Assembly: GCA_965261005.1 (NCBI GenBank)
Contig: OZ253375.1
Location: 960,001-1,024,000 of the forward strand
Length of the DNA stretch: 64,000 bases
From: Deinococcus sp.
GTDB taxonomy: Bacteria > Deinococcota > Deinococci > Deinococcales > Deinococcaceae
Direction of reading: 5' to 3'
A program made the translations under genes and the position numbers. The notes under the pieces are model-generated. The model had not been told where the DNA came from, ran no database searches, and worked only from the letters and a program-made list of their open reading frames with translations. Positions 35,103 through 48,339 of this stretch are shown here, in pieces; positions within the stretch are counted from its first letter, which is position 1; each line of letters begins with the position of its first letter.

Positions 35103-38100
35103 ATGGCCAACCGGCGCGCCAAACGCCCGCTTTCCACCTCCAGCCGCTTCGACGGCGAAGCCCTCGGCCTGGTGCTTTTTGCCCTGGGCGTCTTTTTGGC
35201 GATCACGGTCGCCCTGCCGCCCGCCCCCGGGGCGGGCGCGATGGCCGCCGCCCACGCGCTGCTGCTGAATACCTTCGCTTGGGGCGCCTATCTGCTGCCC
35301 CTGGTGCCGCTGGGCTACGGCGCACTGGTGTTTCTGGGCCGCGACGTGCGCGACCCCACCCGACGCCTGCTGGGCGGCGCGCTGGCCGCGCTGTCGTTGC
35401 TGTGCCTGCAAGACCTGTTTTGGCCGGGGGGGGCGGGCCAATTGGCGGGGGCGCTGATGTCCCCTCTGTTCGCGGCGGTCGGGTACGTGGCCGCCCTGGT
35501 GCCGCTGTTCACGCTCAGCTTGGGCTTAGAACTCGTGTTCGGCTGGCTGGCCCTGACCCTCGCCAAGGGCTTCGTGCGCGCTTTGATCGGGGGCGCGCTG
35601 GCGCTGTTCGGCGTTGTCCGCGACGCGCTGGAGTCGCGCCGCGACGGGCAGGGCCGCGCGCGGGCGCGCCACGCTTTGCGCTCGGACTTGCAGGCCCACG
35701 CCCGCGACCTCGGCGTGCTGGAAACGCTCTACCCGCACGCACAAGAGGTGGAGGCGTGGCGCCAAGACACCCGCCAGGCGCTGCGCGGGGTCTCCAGGCT
35801 GGATGAGGACGGCGTGCGCGCGCAGGCGAAGACGCTGGCGACTTGGCGCGAGGCGGCGCGCGGCTTTATCGCCAAGGCCGCCGCCGAGGCGCACGCCGCC
35901 GTGAGGGCAGAGGCGCCGCCGGAGGCCCTCGGCTTGGAGCAGACCGCCCATGAGGTGCGCAAGCAGCGCCACGAACTCGCCCGCGAACTGCACGCCACCA
36001 CCGCCAGCGCCGCCCTGGAGCGGGTGCGGCGCGCGCTGTGCGTGGACCTCACCCGGCTCGCGGCGCGCGCGGGCACCTTGGAGCGCGAGCGTGCCCGCGC
36101 CGAAAAGGCCCTGGAACAGCCCGACGCCGCCGCGCTGGCCCGCGAGATGTCCGCCGCCCGCGCCCGCGAAAAAGGCTGGGCCGACCTCGCGGGGCGGGCC
36201 ACCGAGTGGCGCGAGCGCGCCGCGCTGTACGCAGGCTGGCCCCAACTCGCGGCGCGCTTCGACGCCGGCCCGGCCTTTCTGGCGAGCGACCTCGCCGGCG
36301 CCCTGACCACCGACCCGGACGGCACCCTGGCCGCGCGCGCCGCTTGGGAAGCCAAGCTGGAGGCTGGCCCGCGGGATCCTGCCCCCGCCCAGGCCAGCTC
36401 TTCTCAAGTCACAGCTTCTCAAGTCACAGCCCAGGGCGCTTGGCACGCGCCGCCCATGATCGACTTCGCCTTTGCGGGGCCGGTCGGTCGGGATCAGGGT
36501 GGGTTGGCGCCAAGCTCCGCAGGGCCGCACCTTTTGGAACCTGTCCCGCCGGAACAGTTGGGGCCGGCGACCCTGGTGTTCGGGCCGTCCTCCCACCAAG
36601 CTCTCGTGGGCGCCGCCGTGGCCGCCCCACCCGAAACGGTCCAGGCCGAAGTGGTTGTCCAGGCTGAAGTGGTTCGGGTGGAGCGCGCCCCGTGGGAAGA
36701 CGAGGCGCCGGCCGCTCCGTCACCCCCGAATCCGTTGTCCTCGGAGGGCCGCGTGACCGTCGTTCCCAAGCCGGCCAGCCCGGTGAGCGTCAGCCCGGTG
36801 AGCTTCGGCCCGGCAAACGCCGTCCCCGCGCAGGGCGCCATCGACATCGCCCGGCCCGGCCTCGATTTGCTGGACCCAGTGCCGGCGGCGGCCCTCAACA
36901 CCGCCGCCCTCGACGCCGGGGCCAGAACGCGGGCGGGCTTGATCAACGAGACGTTGGCGCACTTTGGCCTCGCGGCGCGGGTGGTGGACTACGCGCGCGG
37001 CCCCACCGTCACCCGCTACGAGATCGAGCCGGCCCCCGGCGAAAAGATCAGCCGCATCGCCTCGCTTGCCAACGACTTGGCGCGCGCCTTGGCGGTGGGG
37101 GGCGTGCGGGTGGAGGCCCCGGTGCCGGGGAAGAGCGTGATCGGCTTGGAGGTGCCCAACGCCGAGCGCGAGCCGGTCACCTTTCACGTCGCCGCCGCCG
37201 CGCCCAGCTTCAGGAATGGGCGCGCCAAATTGCCCATCATTCTGGGCAAGAGCATCGACGGCGAGATGCTCATAGGCGACCTCGCCAAGATGCCGCACCT
37301 CCTGATCGCCGGCTCGACCGGCTCGGGCAAGTCGGTGTGCGTCAACACCCTGATCGTGAGCCTTCTCTACACCTACCTGCCCACCGAGCTGCGCTTCTTG
37401 ATGGTGGACCCCAAGATGGTCGAGCTGACCCCCTACGACGGCATTCCCCACCTGGTGCGCGGCGTCGTGACCAACCCGGCCGACGCGGCCAGCGTGCTGC
37501 TGGGCGCCGTGGCGCACATGGAGCGGCGCTACAAGATGATGAGCCAGGTGGGCGCCAAAAACTTGGAGCAGTTCAACGCCAAGATGCGCCTGACCGGCGA
37601 GGAGGAATTGCCGCACCTGGTCATCATCATCGACGAGCTGGCCGATTTGATGATCACCTCACCCAAGGAGGTCGAGAGCGCCATCATGCGCCTCGCGCAG
37701 ATGGCGCGCGCCACCGGCATGCACCTGGTCCTGGCAACCCAGCGGCCCAGCGTGGACATCCTGACCAGCTTGATCAAGGTGAACGTGCCGGCGCGGGTCG
37801 CCTTTGCGGTCAGCTCCAGCCACGACTCGCGCACCATTCTCGACGCGGTGGGGGCCGAACGTTTGACCGGCTCGGGGGACATGCTGTTTTACCAGCCCGG
37901 CCTGATCAAGCCGCAGCGCCTGCAGGGGCCGTACATCTCCGAGGCCGAGACCACGCGCATCACCGAGTTCCTGCGCCGCCAAGTCTTCGACGACGCCTTT
38001 GGGGAGACCTACGGCGCCGACTTTGACGGCCTGATCGGCGACGCGGGCGGAAGCTCGGGCGGCAAGGACCTCGACTTCAGCGACCCCTTTTTGCGTCAGG

Positions 38101-38294
38101 CCGCCGAAATCTGCATTGAGGAGGGCCAGGGCAGCGTGTCGCGCCTTCAGCGCCGCCTCTCGGTGGGCCACGCCCGCGCCGGCAAGCTGATGGACTTGCT
38201 GGAGGCGATGGGCATCGTGTCCAAGCACCAGGGCAGCAAGCCGCGCGACGTGCTGATCACCCGTGACGACTTGCCGGAGTACTTCGGCCGCTGA
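35103..38294 (+). CDS. ftsK: DNA translocase FtsK
   Basis: N-terminal TMs, [36 protein letters not shown], gamma domain [14 protein letters not shown]. Confidence 0.96.
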   Translation: MANRRAKRPLSTSSRFDGEALGLVLFALGVFLAITVALPPAPGAGAMAAAHALLLNTFAWGAYLLPLVPLGYGALVFLGRDVRDPTRRLLGGALAALSLLCLQDLFWPGGAGQLAGALMSPLFAAVGYVAALVPLFTLSLGLELVFGWLALTLAKGFVRALIGGALALFGVVRDALESRRDGQGRARARHALRSDLQAHARDLGVLETLYPHAQEVEAWRQDTRQALRGVSRLDEDGVRAQAKTLATWREAARGFIAKAAAEAHAAVRAEAPPEALGLEQTAHEVRKQRHELARELHATTASAALERVRRALCVDLTRLAARAGTLERERARAEKALEQPDAAALAREMSAARAREKGWADLAGRATEWRERAALYAGWPQLAARFDAGPAFLASDLAGALTTDPDGTLAARAAWEAKLEAGPRDPAPAQASSSQVTASQVTAQGAWHAPPMIDFAFAGPVGRDQGGLAPSSAGPHLLEPVPPEQLGPATLVFGPSSHQALVGAAVAAPPETVQAEVVVQAEVVRVERAPWEDEAPAAPSPPNPLSSEGRVTVVPKPASPVSVSPVSFGPANAVPAQGAIDIARPGLDLLDPVPAAALNTAALDAGARTRAGLINETLAHFGLAARVVDYARGPTVTRYEIEPAPGEKISRIASLANDLARALAVGGVRVEAPVPGKSVIGLEVPNAEREPVTFHVAAAAPSFRNGRAKLPIILGKSIDGEMLIGDLAKMPHLLIAGSTGSGKSVCVNTLIVSLLYTYLPTELRFLMVDPKMVELTPYDGIPHLVRGVVTNPADAASVLLGAVAHMERRYKMMSQVGAKNLEQFNAKMRLTGEEELPHLVIIIDELADLMITSPKEVESAIMRLAQMARATGMHLVLATQRPSVDILTSLIKVNVPARVAFAVSSSHDSRTILDAVGAERLTGSGDMLFYQPGLIKPQRLQGPYISEAETTRITEFLRRQVFDDAFGETYGADFDGLIGDAGGSSGGKDLDFSDPFLRQAAEICIEEGQGSVSRLQRRLSVGHARAGKLMDLLEAMGIVSKHQGSKPRDVLITRDDLPEYFGR

Positions 38295-38419
38295 AGCTCG
38301 TGACGGCCCAGGTTTGTGACTAAAGCAACGCTCAAGAGCGGGCGCGCCTTTTCTGGGGAAAAGTGACGAAGTCGGGGCGCAGGCTTCGGTTAAGATTCGC
38401 CCGAAAGGAAGGCATACTC

Positions 38420-39661
38420 ATGAAGATTAAAAAGACCGTGCTGTACGGGCTGACGTCCGCCCTGATGCTGGGAAGCCTGATGTTGGGAGGAGCAAGCTTG
38501 GCCCAAAGCTACCCGCCGGCCATCACCCCGGCGCAGATTCCGGCGCTGCCGCTCAAGGGCGGCACCATTGGCACCGGAACGGCTGGCACTGGCACGACTG
38601 GCACCGGCACGGCCGCCACCACAACGGGAACGGCGACCGCGACCACAACCACCACGACAACGGCCGCCCCGGCGACCACCGCCCAAACGCCGGCCACTCC
38701 AGCCGCCACGACCAACAGCATCACCGCGCTGGTGAACTCGACGCCGGAGTTGAGCACCTTGGCCGCCGCCCTCAAGGCCGGCAACTTGGAGATGACCTTC
38801 GACGCGCCCGGCGACTACACCGTGTTCGCGCCGACCAACGACGCCTTCGCCAAGGTGCCCCAGGAGCAGCTCGACGCGCTGCTGGCGAGTCCCGACGCCC
38901 TCTTCGAGGTGCTGACCAACCACGTGGTCGCGGGCCGTCTCCCGGCCACCGACGTGACCCAGCAAAAGAGCGTCACGACCTTGTACGGCAGCGAGCTGCC
39001 CGTGGTGGCGAACGGCAGCGCCGTGATGGTTGGTACCGCGAACGTGGTCAAAACTGACCTGACGGCCGACAACGGCGTGGTCCATGAAATTGACAGCGTG
39101 CTGGTGCCGAGCGACTTCACCTTCCCCACCGCGCAGGCGGCGCCCGCCGCTCCGGCGACTACGACGCCCGCGCCAGCGGCGACCACGACGGCGCCGGCCG
39201 CAACCACCGCCGCGCCAGCTGCCACCGCCACCACGGCCACCGACACTTCCAGCATGACCATCGCCGCCATCGTCACGGCCGACCCGCGCTTCAGCACCCT
39301 GCTCAGCGCGCTTCAGGCGGCCGGGCTGGCGGACACGCTCGCCGGCACGGGACCCTTCATGGTGTTCGCGCCGACCAACGACGCCTTCGCCAAGATTCCA
39401 GCCGACCAGTTGCAGGCGCTGCTGGCCGACAAAGCGGCCCTGACCCGTTTGCTTCAGTACCACGTGAGCGCGGGCAGCTTGATGGCGGCGGGCGCCTTGC
39501 AGGCGCGCGACATCAACACCCTGGCCGGCGCCAACTTGAGCGTAACCCAGAATGGCAGCGCGGTGATGGTCAACGACGCCACCGTGGTGCAGCCCGACAT
39601 TCAGGCCAGCAACGGCGTCATCCACGCCATCGACACCGTTCTGGTGCCGCCGACCCCGTAA
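38420..39661 (+). CDS. secreted protein with two fasciclin (FAS1) domains
   Basis: Signal peptide; two VFAPTNDAF...NGVxHxID.VL repeats; Thr/Ala-rich linkers. Confidence 0.92.
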   Translation: MKIKKTVLYGLTSALMLGSLMLGGASLAQSYPPAITPAQIPALPLKGGTIGTGTAGTGTTGTGTAATTTGTATATTTTTTTAAPATTAQTPATPAATTNSITALVNSTPELSTLAAALKAGNLEMTFDAPGDYTVFAPTNDAFAKVPQEQLDALLASPDALFEVLTNHVVAGRLPATDVTQQKSVTTLYGSELPVVANGSAVMVGTANVVKTDLTADNGVVHEIDSVLVPSDFTFPTAQAAPAAPATTTPAPAATTTAPAATTAAPAATATTATDTSSMTIAAIVTADPRFSTLLSALQAAGLADTLAGTGPFMVFAPTNDAFAKIPADQLQALLADKAALTRLLQYHVSAGSLMAAGALQARDINTLAGANLSVTQNGSAVMVNDATVVQPDIQASNGVIHAIDTVLVPPTP

Positions 39662-39674
39662 GAACAGCAGCTTG

Positions 39675-39704
39675 AGGGCGCCTTCCAACAGGAGGGCGCT
39701 TTTT
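39675..39704 (+). terminator. probable intrinsic terminator
   Basis: AGGGCGCCTTCC...GGAGGGCGC followed by TTTTT. Confidence 0.6.
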
Positions 39705-40582
39705 CATGTGAAGGGCGTCAAGTCCAGCCCCGGCAGCACCTCCCGCTCAAAGGCGTGCCAGCTGTCCCAACTGCGCGCCCGACCGCCCCGCTCGGCCCAG
39801 TCCCAGAAGCGGGCGTAGACCGGGTAGGCGGTGGGCAATTCCTCACGGAAGATGTGGGCGCTCAGGCCGCCGCCGGCCAGCAGGCCGCTCTCCTGATAGC
39901 GCCCTAGGGTCAGGCTGAGGTCGTAGGGGATGAAACGCTGCTCGGCCTGCCACTGACCACCCTCTTGGCCGCCCTCCAAGGTCAGGCGCAGGTACTGGGC
40001 GCGCGGGTCGCGGTTGAAGGGCGCCCCCACCGCGCCGGTGTTGAACAGTTGCCCCTCCGGCAGCGTCCATGCCCCCGGCACATGGGTGTGCGAGCCGACG
40101 AAGACGTCCGTCCCGCTCTTTTCAAGTATTTCGCGCATACGCGCTTCCCCCATGCGTCGCCCAACGCCCTCGCGGTAATGGTCGGGCGTGCCGTGGGCCA
40201 CGGCCAGCGTGGGCGCGCCCGGCACCTCCACCCGCAGCGTCATGGGCCACCGGGCGAACTCCTTCAGCAAGCCGACCCGCGCCAGGTCGTTCGCGCACCA
40301 GGTGAAGGAGTCAAAAAAGGGGTCGGCGAACCAGTCGCTTGGAATCCCGGGGTCGCGCCCGTGCCACAAGGTCATCAGCGCGTCGTGGTTGCCGAGGGTG
40401 AACTCGGCCCCCAGGTTCAGCAGCGTTTCCAACGCCGCCACGCCGTCCGGCCCGCGGTTCACCACGTCGCCGTTTACGATCAAGCGCTCGGCGCCGTAAG
40501 CGCGCACGTCGGCCAGCACGGCGTCCAGGGCGGGCTTGTTGCCGTGGATGTCGGCGAGAATGGCCAGGCGCACGGGGGACAT
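39704..40582 (-). CDS. calcineurin-like metallophosphoesterase
   Basis: ADIHGN, GDVVNRGP, GNHD, AHG, SHTH motifs. Confidence 0.92.
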   Translation of the reverse strand: MSPVRLAILADIHGNKPALDAVLADVRAYGAERLIVNGDVVNRGPDGVAALETLLNLGAEFTLGNHDALMTLWHGRDPGIPSDWFADPFFDSFTWCANDLARVGLLKEFARWPMTLRVEVPGAPTLAVAHGTPDHYREGVGRRMGEARMREILEKSGTDVFVGSHTHVPGAWTLPEGQLFNTGAVGAPFNRDPRAQYLRLTLEGGQEGGQWQAEQRFIPYDLSLTLGRYQESGLLAGGGLSAHIFREELPTAYPVYARFWDWAERGGRARSWDSWHAFEREVLPGLDLTPFT

Positions 40583-41229
40583 TCTAGAGCTTGAGGTCGA
40601 GGATGACTTCTTGGTGCCTCGCCGGGGGACACGGTTCAGGGCGACGAGGAACGCCCGTTCACGCCCTGTTGCGGTACTCGCGCCAGGGTCAAGACGGCTG
40701 GAGACCTACTGCGGCCCTTGCGTGCTTCACGCTGTGCAACGGCGGCTTCCGTCGCCGCGAACGCTTCGGGATAGACCCCCGTGCGCGCCCCAACTGCTTG
40801 CGGTTCATCCTCAGGACCTGCTCCAGGCGCTCGTGTCTCATGCCTCAGCTCAGCTCCCGACTTTCGTAGGAGGTCTATTCTTGACGTCCGGCCGGAACAC
40901 CCGGAACTGCAACCTCCACTTGCCGAGCACCAACGTTTCGGCCGTGTAGCCGAAAACCGCGAGCAGCTTGGCGGGGTGGGCGCCCTGCTTGTCGTCCTGC
41001 GTCAGCTTGTCACGCGCCCGCTTGAGCCGGCTTTTGGCCTCTGCCCGGTCGGAGGCGGCCGTTCTGGGCTGGGGCGGGGCCGCAAAGGCGAGCGGGCGTT
41101 CCTGCTGAGGCCGCTGCTTGCTGTCTAAGTAAGTTTTCGACCGCCAGCACGGCAAAAACCTCTCCTTTACGCAGGGCTGGCCTGGGGGGTACACTACAGG
41201 TCTCACCCGCGCCGCGGAGGCAGGAGTTT

Positions 41230-42999
41230 ATGGGCAGCAAGGAGGACATCCGAGCGAAGCTGAACATCGCCGACTTGATCGGCGAGTACGTTCAACTGCT
41301 GCCCGCCGGCACCGGGCGCTACAAGGCGCTGTGTCCCTTTCACAAGGAGAAGTCCCCGTCGTTTCAGGTGGACGCCCAGCAAGGGTTCTTTCACTGCTTC
41401 GGCTGCAAGGCGGGCGGGGACGCCTTCGCCTTTTTGATGCGCATAGAGAACCTGACCTTCGGCGACGCCCTGCGCAAGCTGGCGGAGCGCACCGGCGTGG
41501 AGCTGGAAAGTCGGGGCGGCGAGCGGATGAGCCGCGACCTCTACGACGTGAACGCCTTCGCGCTGGAGTACTTCCGCGAACATTTGAGCGGGGCCGGTGC
41601 GGACTATTTCCGGGGGCGTGGCCTGACGCCGGAGACCATTCAGAAGTTCGAGTTGGGCTACGCGCCGGACGGCTGGGACGGCCTCCTCAAGCGGGCCAAG
41701 GCGCGCGGCCTGACCGAGAAGCAGCTCTTGGAGGCGGGCCTGCTGTCCGAGAACGCCGAGTCGGGGCGGGTCTATGACCGCTTCCGGGGCCGGGTGATGT
41801 TTCCCATCCGCGACCACTTGGGCCGCTTGGTCGGCTTCGGGGGACGGGTGCTGGGGGACGACAAGCCCAAGTACCTCAACACCCCCGAGACGGCCATCTT
41901 CAAGAAGGGCGAGCTGCTGTACGGCTACGCCCTCGCGCGGGCGGCGGCCCAGAAAGCCGGCGAGCTGGTGGTGGTCGAGGGCTATATGGACGTGATCGCC
42001 ATGCACCAATACGGCTTCGAGACGGCCGTGGCAACCTTGGGCACCGCCCTGACGGCGGACCACGCGACCTTGCTTCAGCGTCAGGGCATTCGCTCACTCG
42101 CGCTGCTGTTCGACCGCGACGAGGCCGGGCAGCGCGCCACCCTGGCCGGCCTCGACCAGGTGATCGGGGCGCGCTTCGGCGTGCGCGCTTTATCTGTGCC
42201 GGACGGCAAGGACCCGGCCGACACGCTGCAAGCGGGCGGCACCGACCTGTTGCGCGCGGCCCTCGCGGGCGGCGTGGACGAGGTGGAGTACCGGGTGGCG
42301 GCGGCCCTCGCGCAGTTCGACGTGAAGACCACCGCCGGCAAGCGCGGCTTTTTGCAGGCGCTGCTGCCGCGCATGCAGTCGAGCGATCCCCTCGACGAGA
42401 TCGCCGACAAGGTGAGAAAGCGGGTCGCCGAGCGACTGGACATCGGCGAAAGGGCGCTGCTGGAGTGGGTCAACTCCAAGGCCAAGCGCAAGACGCTCAG
42501 CGACGTGCAAATCGAGGGGATGCAGAACGCGGGTCGCGCCGGCGAGGAGGAGGCCGAGCTGCGGCTGCTACGCGAGATCCTGCAAAACCCGCAGCTGCTG
42601 GAGAAGCTCGACGGGCTGCGCGCGTGGCGCAACGAGACCGTCAAAAAGGTGATGCTGGCGGCGCGCGGCACCAGCAGCGCCGAGCAGATCATCGCCACCT
42701 TCGACGGCCAGCCCGAACAGCAGCTTCTCATTCGGCTCTTGTTCGAGGCGCGCAGCCCCGGTCTGATCGGGCGTGAGAACGTCCGCCAGGTGGAGGACAA
42801 GGCGGCACAGGCCGGCGAGATCGCGGTGCAGCAGATCGAGAGCAAGCTGACCATAGACGAGATGCGCGAGGAACTGGCCCTCCTGAAAAAGCAGGTGATG
42901 GCCGCCCAGCCGGGGGAGCAGATGGGCCTACTCAAGCAGATTCAGGAGTTGCAGCGGGCGGTGGAGGCCGAAAAGCGGTCGCGCAAGTTGCAGGCATAA
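41230..42999 (+). CDS. dnaG: DNA primase
   Basis: [11 protein letters not shown]...HCFGC zinc finger, [30 protein letters not shown]. Confidence 0.97.
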   Translation: MGSKEDIRAKLNIADLIGEYVQLLPAGTGRYKALCPFHKEKSPSFQVDAQQGFFHCFGCKAGGDAFAFLMRIENLTFGDALRKLAERTGVELESRGGERMSRDLYDVNAFALEYFREHLSGAGADYFRGRGLTPETIQKFELGYAPDGWDGLLKRAKARGLTEKQLLEAGLLSENAESGRVYDRFRGRVMFPIRDHLGRLVGFGGRVLGDDKPKYLNTPETAIFKKGELLYGYALARAAAQKAGELVVVEGYMDVIAMHQYGFETAVATLGTALTADHATLLQRQGIRSLALLFDRDEAGQRATLAGLDQVIGARFGVRALSVPDGKDPADTLQAGGTDLLRAALAGGVDEVEYRVAAALAQFDVKTTAGKRGFLQALLPRMQSSDPLDEIADKVRKRVAERLDIGERALLEWVNSKAKRKTLSDVQIEGMQNAGRAGEEEAELRLLREILQNPQLLEKLDGLRAWRNETVKKVMLAARGTSSAEQIIATFDGQPEQQLLIRLLFEARSPGLIGRENVRQVEDKAAQAGEIAVQQIESKLTIDEMREELALLKKQVMAAQPGEQMGLLKQIQELQRAVEAEKRSRKLQA

Positions 43000-43017
43000 C
43001 CTTCCCAGGAGACCAAC

Positions 43018-43548
43018 ATGCAAGACGGCGACACACGGCCGAAACTCGACGAGGAGACCCTGGCGTACCTGCAAGCGGTCTTTGACCTCGCCAGACAGGG
43101 GGACGCGGCGCAACTCGGCCCCCTGCTGGAGCGGGGGCTGCCCGCCAACCTGCTCAACCAGAAGGGCGACAGCTTGCTGATGCTCGCCAGCTACCACGGC
43201 CATTTGGACGCGGCGGGGGCGCTCCTCAAGCACGGCGCCGACCCGGAGCTGCGCAACGACCAAGGGCAGACCCCGCTGCTGGGCGCGGCCTACCGGGGGG
43301 ACTTGGCGATGGCGCGGCTGCTGCTGGACCACGGCGCTGACGTGGAGAGCGGTGTGCCCGGCGGCAAGACGGCCCTGATAATGGCCGCCATGTTCGGCCG
43401 CGACGAGATAATCGAACTGCTGCTGGACCACGGCGCCAACCTGCGGGCGCGCGACGCGGGGGGCCGGTCGGCGGTGGACGCGGCCCGTCTGATGGGCGCG
43501 CTGGAGACGGCAGACCGATTGAAGAAGCGCTTGGAGGAAGGCACCTAG
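43018..43548 (+). CDS. ankyrin repeat protein
   Basis: GDSLLMLASYHGH, GQTPL, GKTALIMAAMFGR repeats. Confidence 0.93.
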   Translation: MQDGDTRPKLDEETLAYLQAVFDLARQGDAAQLGPLLERGLPANLLNQKGDSLLMLASYHGHLDAAGALLKHGADPELRNDQGQTPLLGAAYRGDLAMARLLLDHGADVESGVPGGKTALIMAAMFGRDEIIELLLDHGANLRARDAGGRSAVDAARLMGALETADRLKKRLEEGT

Positions 43549-43720
43549 AGCATTTGTCAGAAGTATTGAGCGCCCTTCTCAATACTTCCTGAGTGGAACG
43601 AATAGCAAGGGAAGGGCATTTGTCAATGGCATGGAGCGGCACAGGCGGGCAGGCCCGGTAGGTGCCGTTCTGCCCAAGACGCGAAGCCGGAGGCGTGCAA
43701 TAGAATTGACAAATGCTCTA
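43546..43720. mobile_element. 175-bp MITE-like small repeat element
   Basis: Perfect 14-bp TIRs TAGAGCATTTGTCA / TGACAAATGCTCTA; internal hairpin GAAGTATTGAG...CTCAATACTTC; no transposase. Confidence 0.8.
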
Positions 43721-44251
43721 AGCCTGCGCCCCGCCGCTCGCCAGGTTATGTGGGTCCACGCCCAGCAGTTTCCAGGCCCGGTCCCAGCGCGCCTCGCCGG
43801 GCGTCTCCAGGATCAGCTCGGGGCCAGCCTCCAGAAAGACCCAGCTGCCGCCGCGCGTCTCCTCTTCCAGCTGGCCGGCGGTCCAGCCGGCGTAGCCCAG
43901 CAGCAGCATGTACCAATCGCCGCGCGCCATCACCGCCTCCAGCACCTCCAAGCTGGAGGTGACGAATAACCCGTCCGCCAAGCGGACCTCGCCGGGAAAG
44001 CCGGCCGGGCGGTTATATAGGCACCAGCCCACCTGCGGCTCGACCGGGCCGCCCAGGTAGGCGCGCTCACGCCTACCCTGCGCCTGCGGCAGCAAATCGC
44101 CCACGGCCATGTCGGTCTGCAAGCTGACGATCAGGCCCATGGCGCCGCCCCCCGCGTGGTCGAGCAGCAGCACCACGGCGCGCTCGAACATGCCGCCCTG
44201 CATGTGCGGGCTGGCGATCAGGTAGGTGAGGGGGATTGAGGGGGTGTCCAA
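43718..44251 (-). CDS. YqgE/AlgH (UPF0301) family protein
   Basis: LIASPHM...FERAVV, GAMGLI, GGPV, GYAGWTAGQLEEE. Confidence 0.93.
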   Translation of the reverse strand: MDTPSIPLTYLIASPHMQGGMFERAVVLLLDHAGGGAMGLIVSLQTDMAVGDLLPQAQGRRERAYLGGPVEPQVGWCLYNRPAGFPGEVRLADGLFVTSSLEVLEAVMARGDWYMLLLGYAGWTAGQLEEETRGGSWVFLEAGPELILETPGEARWDRAWKLLGVDPHNLASGGAQA

Positions 44252-44359
44252 AATCGAAGACTCCTTGGCTGGGAATGCCCCAGCATGACAGGCGCGCCCC
44301 GGGGCGCGTCAAGGCGCTCGCGTGGGAAAAAGTTCATGACCGAAGTATATGAGCGAAAG

Positions 44360-44388
44360 GTAGGGGCGGGTTTGAAACCCGCCCCTAC
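44360..44388. repeat. GTAG-type REP palindrome, copy 2
   Basis: GTAGGGGCGGGTTTGAAACCCGCCCCTAC perfect palindrome downstream of lon. Confidence 0.75.
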
Positions 44389-44408
44389 GGCCCTACACGG
44401 AATTTGCC

Positions 44409-46853
<2,445 letters not shown>

Positions 46854-46900
46854 GAACGCTCCTTTGTGCAGGCGCCAGATCAAGAAGGTCTAGCAAGAAA

Positions 46901-46921
46901 CTTGAGTGCAAGTCTATCAAG
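46901..46921. promoter_or_regulatory. HAIR (HspR operator) upstream of lon
   Basis: CTTGAGT-GCAAGTC-TATCAAG; 2 mismatches to CTTGAGT-N7-ACTCAAG. Confidence 0.75.
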
Positions 46922-47128
46922 TTTGGCCGGTTCAGGCAAGCCTTTTCGGAGCTTTCGAAAGCCCAACTTGGCTTCCGCCTACAGTGTGGCCGACCTCGCC
47001 ACGCCGACATCTAACCACACCCCGCTGTTGCCCAGCTGATTTTTAGCTCAGGCGGCCTTTCAAAGTTCTGACAGCCAACGTTCTGACGGCCAGCGCCGCC
47101 AGACCGGATGCCCGCTAGACTTGGCGCC

Positions 47129-47560
47129 ATGCCCTCCTCCTCGACCCCAGCCCTTCCCGCCCCCGCCCCCCTCGACCCGCCGGGCGAGGCCCGCATGCTG
47201 GAACTGGTCTTTCCCAAGGACAGCAACTTTCTCGGCAGCGCCTTTGGCGGCTTCGTGCTGAGCTTGATGGACAAGGTCGCCTCGGTGGCGGCGGTGCGCC
47301 ACAGCAAGCGCGCGGTCGTGACGGCGCGCATGGACGGCGTGGATTTTCACGTCCCCATCAAGGTCGGGGACGCGGTGGCCCTGCACGCACGGGTGGTGGC
47401 GGTCGGGCGCAGCTCCATGACCGTGCGGGTGGACGTGTACCGCGAGCAGCTGACCAGCGGCGAGCAGCAGCTGGCGACGAACGGCACCTTTGTCTTTGTG
47501 GCGCTCGACGAGGAGGGCCAGCCGACCCCGGTGCCGCCGCTCGGGGAGCGGCCAGTGTGA
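47129..47560 (+). CDS. acyl-CoA thioesterase (hotdog fold)
   Basis: [15 protein letters not shown]...MDKVA, VVTA, VGRSSM, FVFVALD. Confidence 0.92.
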   Translation: MPSSSTPALPAPAPLDPPGEARMLELVFPKDSNFLGSAFGGFVLSLMDKVASVAAVRHSKRAVVTARMDGVDFHVPIKVGDAVALHARVVAVGRSSMTVRVDVYREQLTSGEQQLATNGTFVFVALDEEGQPTPVPPLGERPV

Positions 47561-48339
47561 CCCCCTTCGATTCCCACCTGCACACGCCGCTGTGCGGTCA
47601 CGCCAGCGGCACGCCGACGGAGATGGCCGGGGCCGCACTCGAACGCGGGTTGATGGGCGTTACCTTCACCGACCACGTCCCGATGGCACCTTGGTACGAC
47701 GCCCCCTGGCGCATGCGGCGCGACCAATTGGAGCGTTATGTCGAGGAGGTGCTGGCCGCGCGAGAAACGTTTCAGGGTCGCTTGGAGGTCCGCCTGGGTT
47801 TGGAGGCCGATTTTCACCCCGGCACCGAGCGCTGGGTGGAGGAGATTTTGGGCGCGTATCCGTGGGACTACGTGATCGGGAGCGTACACTACCTGGGCGC
47901 CTGGGGCTTTGACAATCCCGAGTTTCAGGAGGAGTACGAACGCCGGGATTTGAGCACGCTCTACCGCGATTACTACGCTTTGGTCGAGGGGGCGGCCCGT
48001 TCCGGCTTGTTCGACAGCGTGGGCCACCTCGACTTGCCCAAGAAATTCGGCCACAAGGCGCCCAATCTTGAGCCTGCCCTGACGGCCCTCGACGTGATCG
48101 CGGCCGAGAACATGGCGCTCGACTTCAACACCGCCGGTTGGCGCAAGCCGGTGAACGAGGCTTACCCCGCGCCCGAGCTGACCCGCGCGGCGGCGGCGCG
48201 CGGCATTCCCTTCGTGCTGGGCAGCGACGCCCACGCGCCGGGGGAGGTGGGCTGGCGCTTTGAAGAGGCGCTGACGTTGCTGGCAGAGGCCGGCGCCAAG
48301 ATTGTCACCTACAGAAACCGGGAGCGCCAAGGTGGATAA
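47557..48339 (+). CDS. PHP-family histidinol-phosphatase (HisJ/HisK-like)
   Basis: [38 protein letters not shown]. Confidence 0.88.
   Translation: MTPFDSHLHTPLCGHASGTPTEMAGAALERGLMGVTFTDHVPMAPWYDAPWRMRRDQLERYVEEVLAARETFQGRLEVRLGLEADFHPGTERWVEEILGAYPWDYVIGSVHYLGAWGFDNPEFQEEYERRDLSTLYRDYYALVEGAARSGLFDSVGHLDLPKKFGHKAPNLEPALTALDVIAAENMALDFNTAGWRKPVNEAYPAPELTRAAAARGIPFVLGSDAHAPGEVGWRFEEALTLLAEAGAKIVTYRNRERQGG

Noticed and set aside
36402..36431. 15-bp tandem duplication in ftsK and 9-bp repeats in lysA (about 26448-26472)
   Set aside because: In-frame low-complexity coding repeats; not CRISPR or phase-variation tracts
38570..39250. Repetitive ACC/GCC-rich tracts in the fasciclin gene
   Set aside because: Encode Thr/Ala/Pro linkers; not a DNA repeat array
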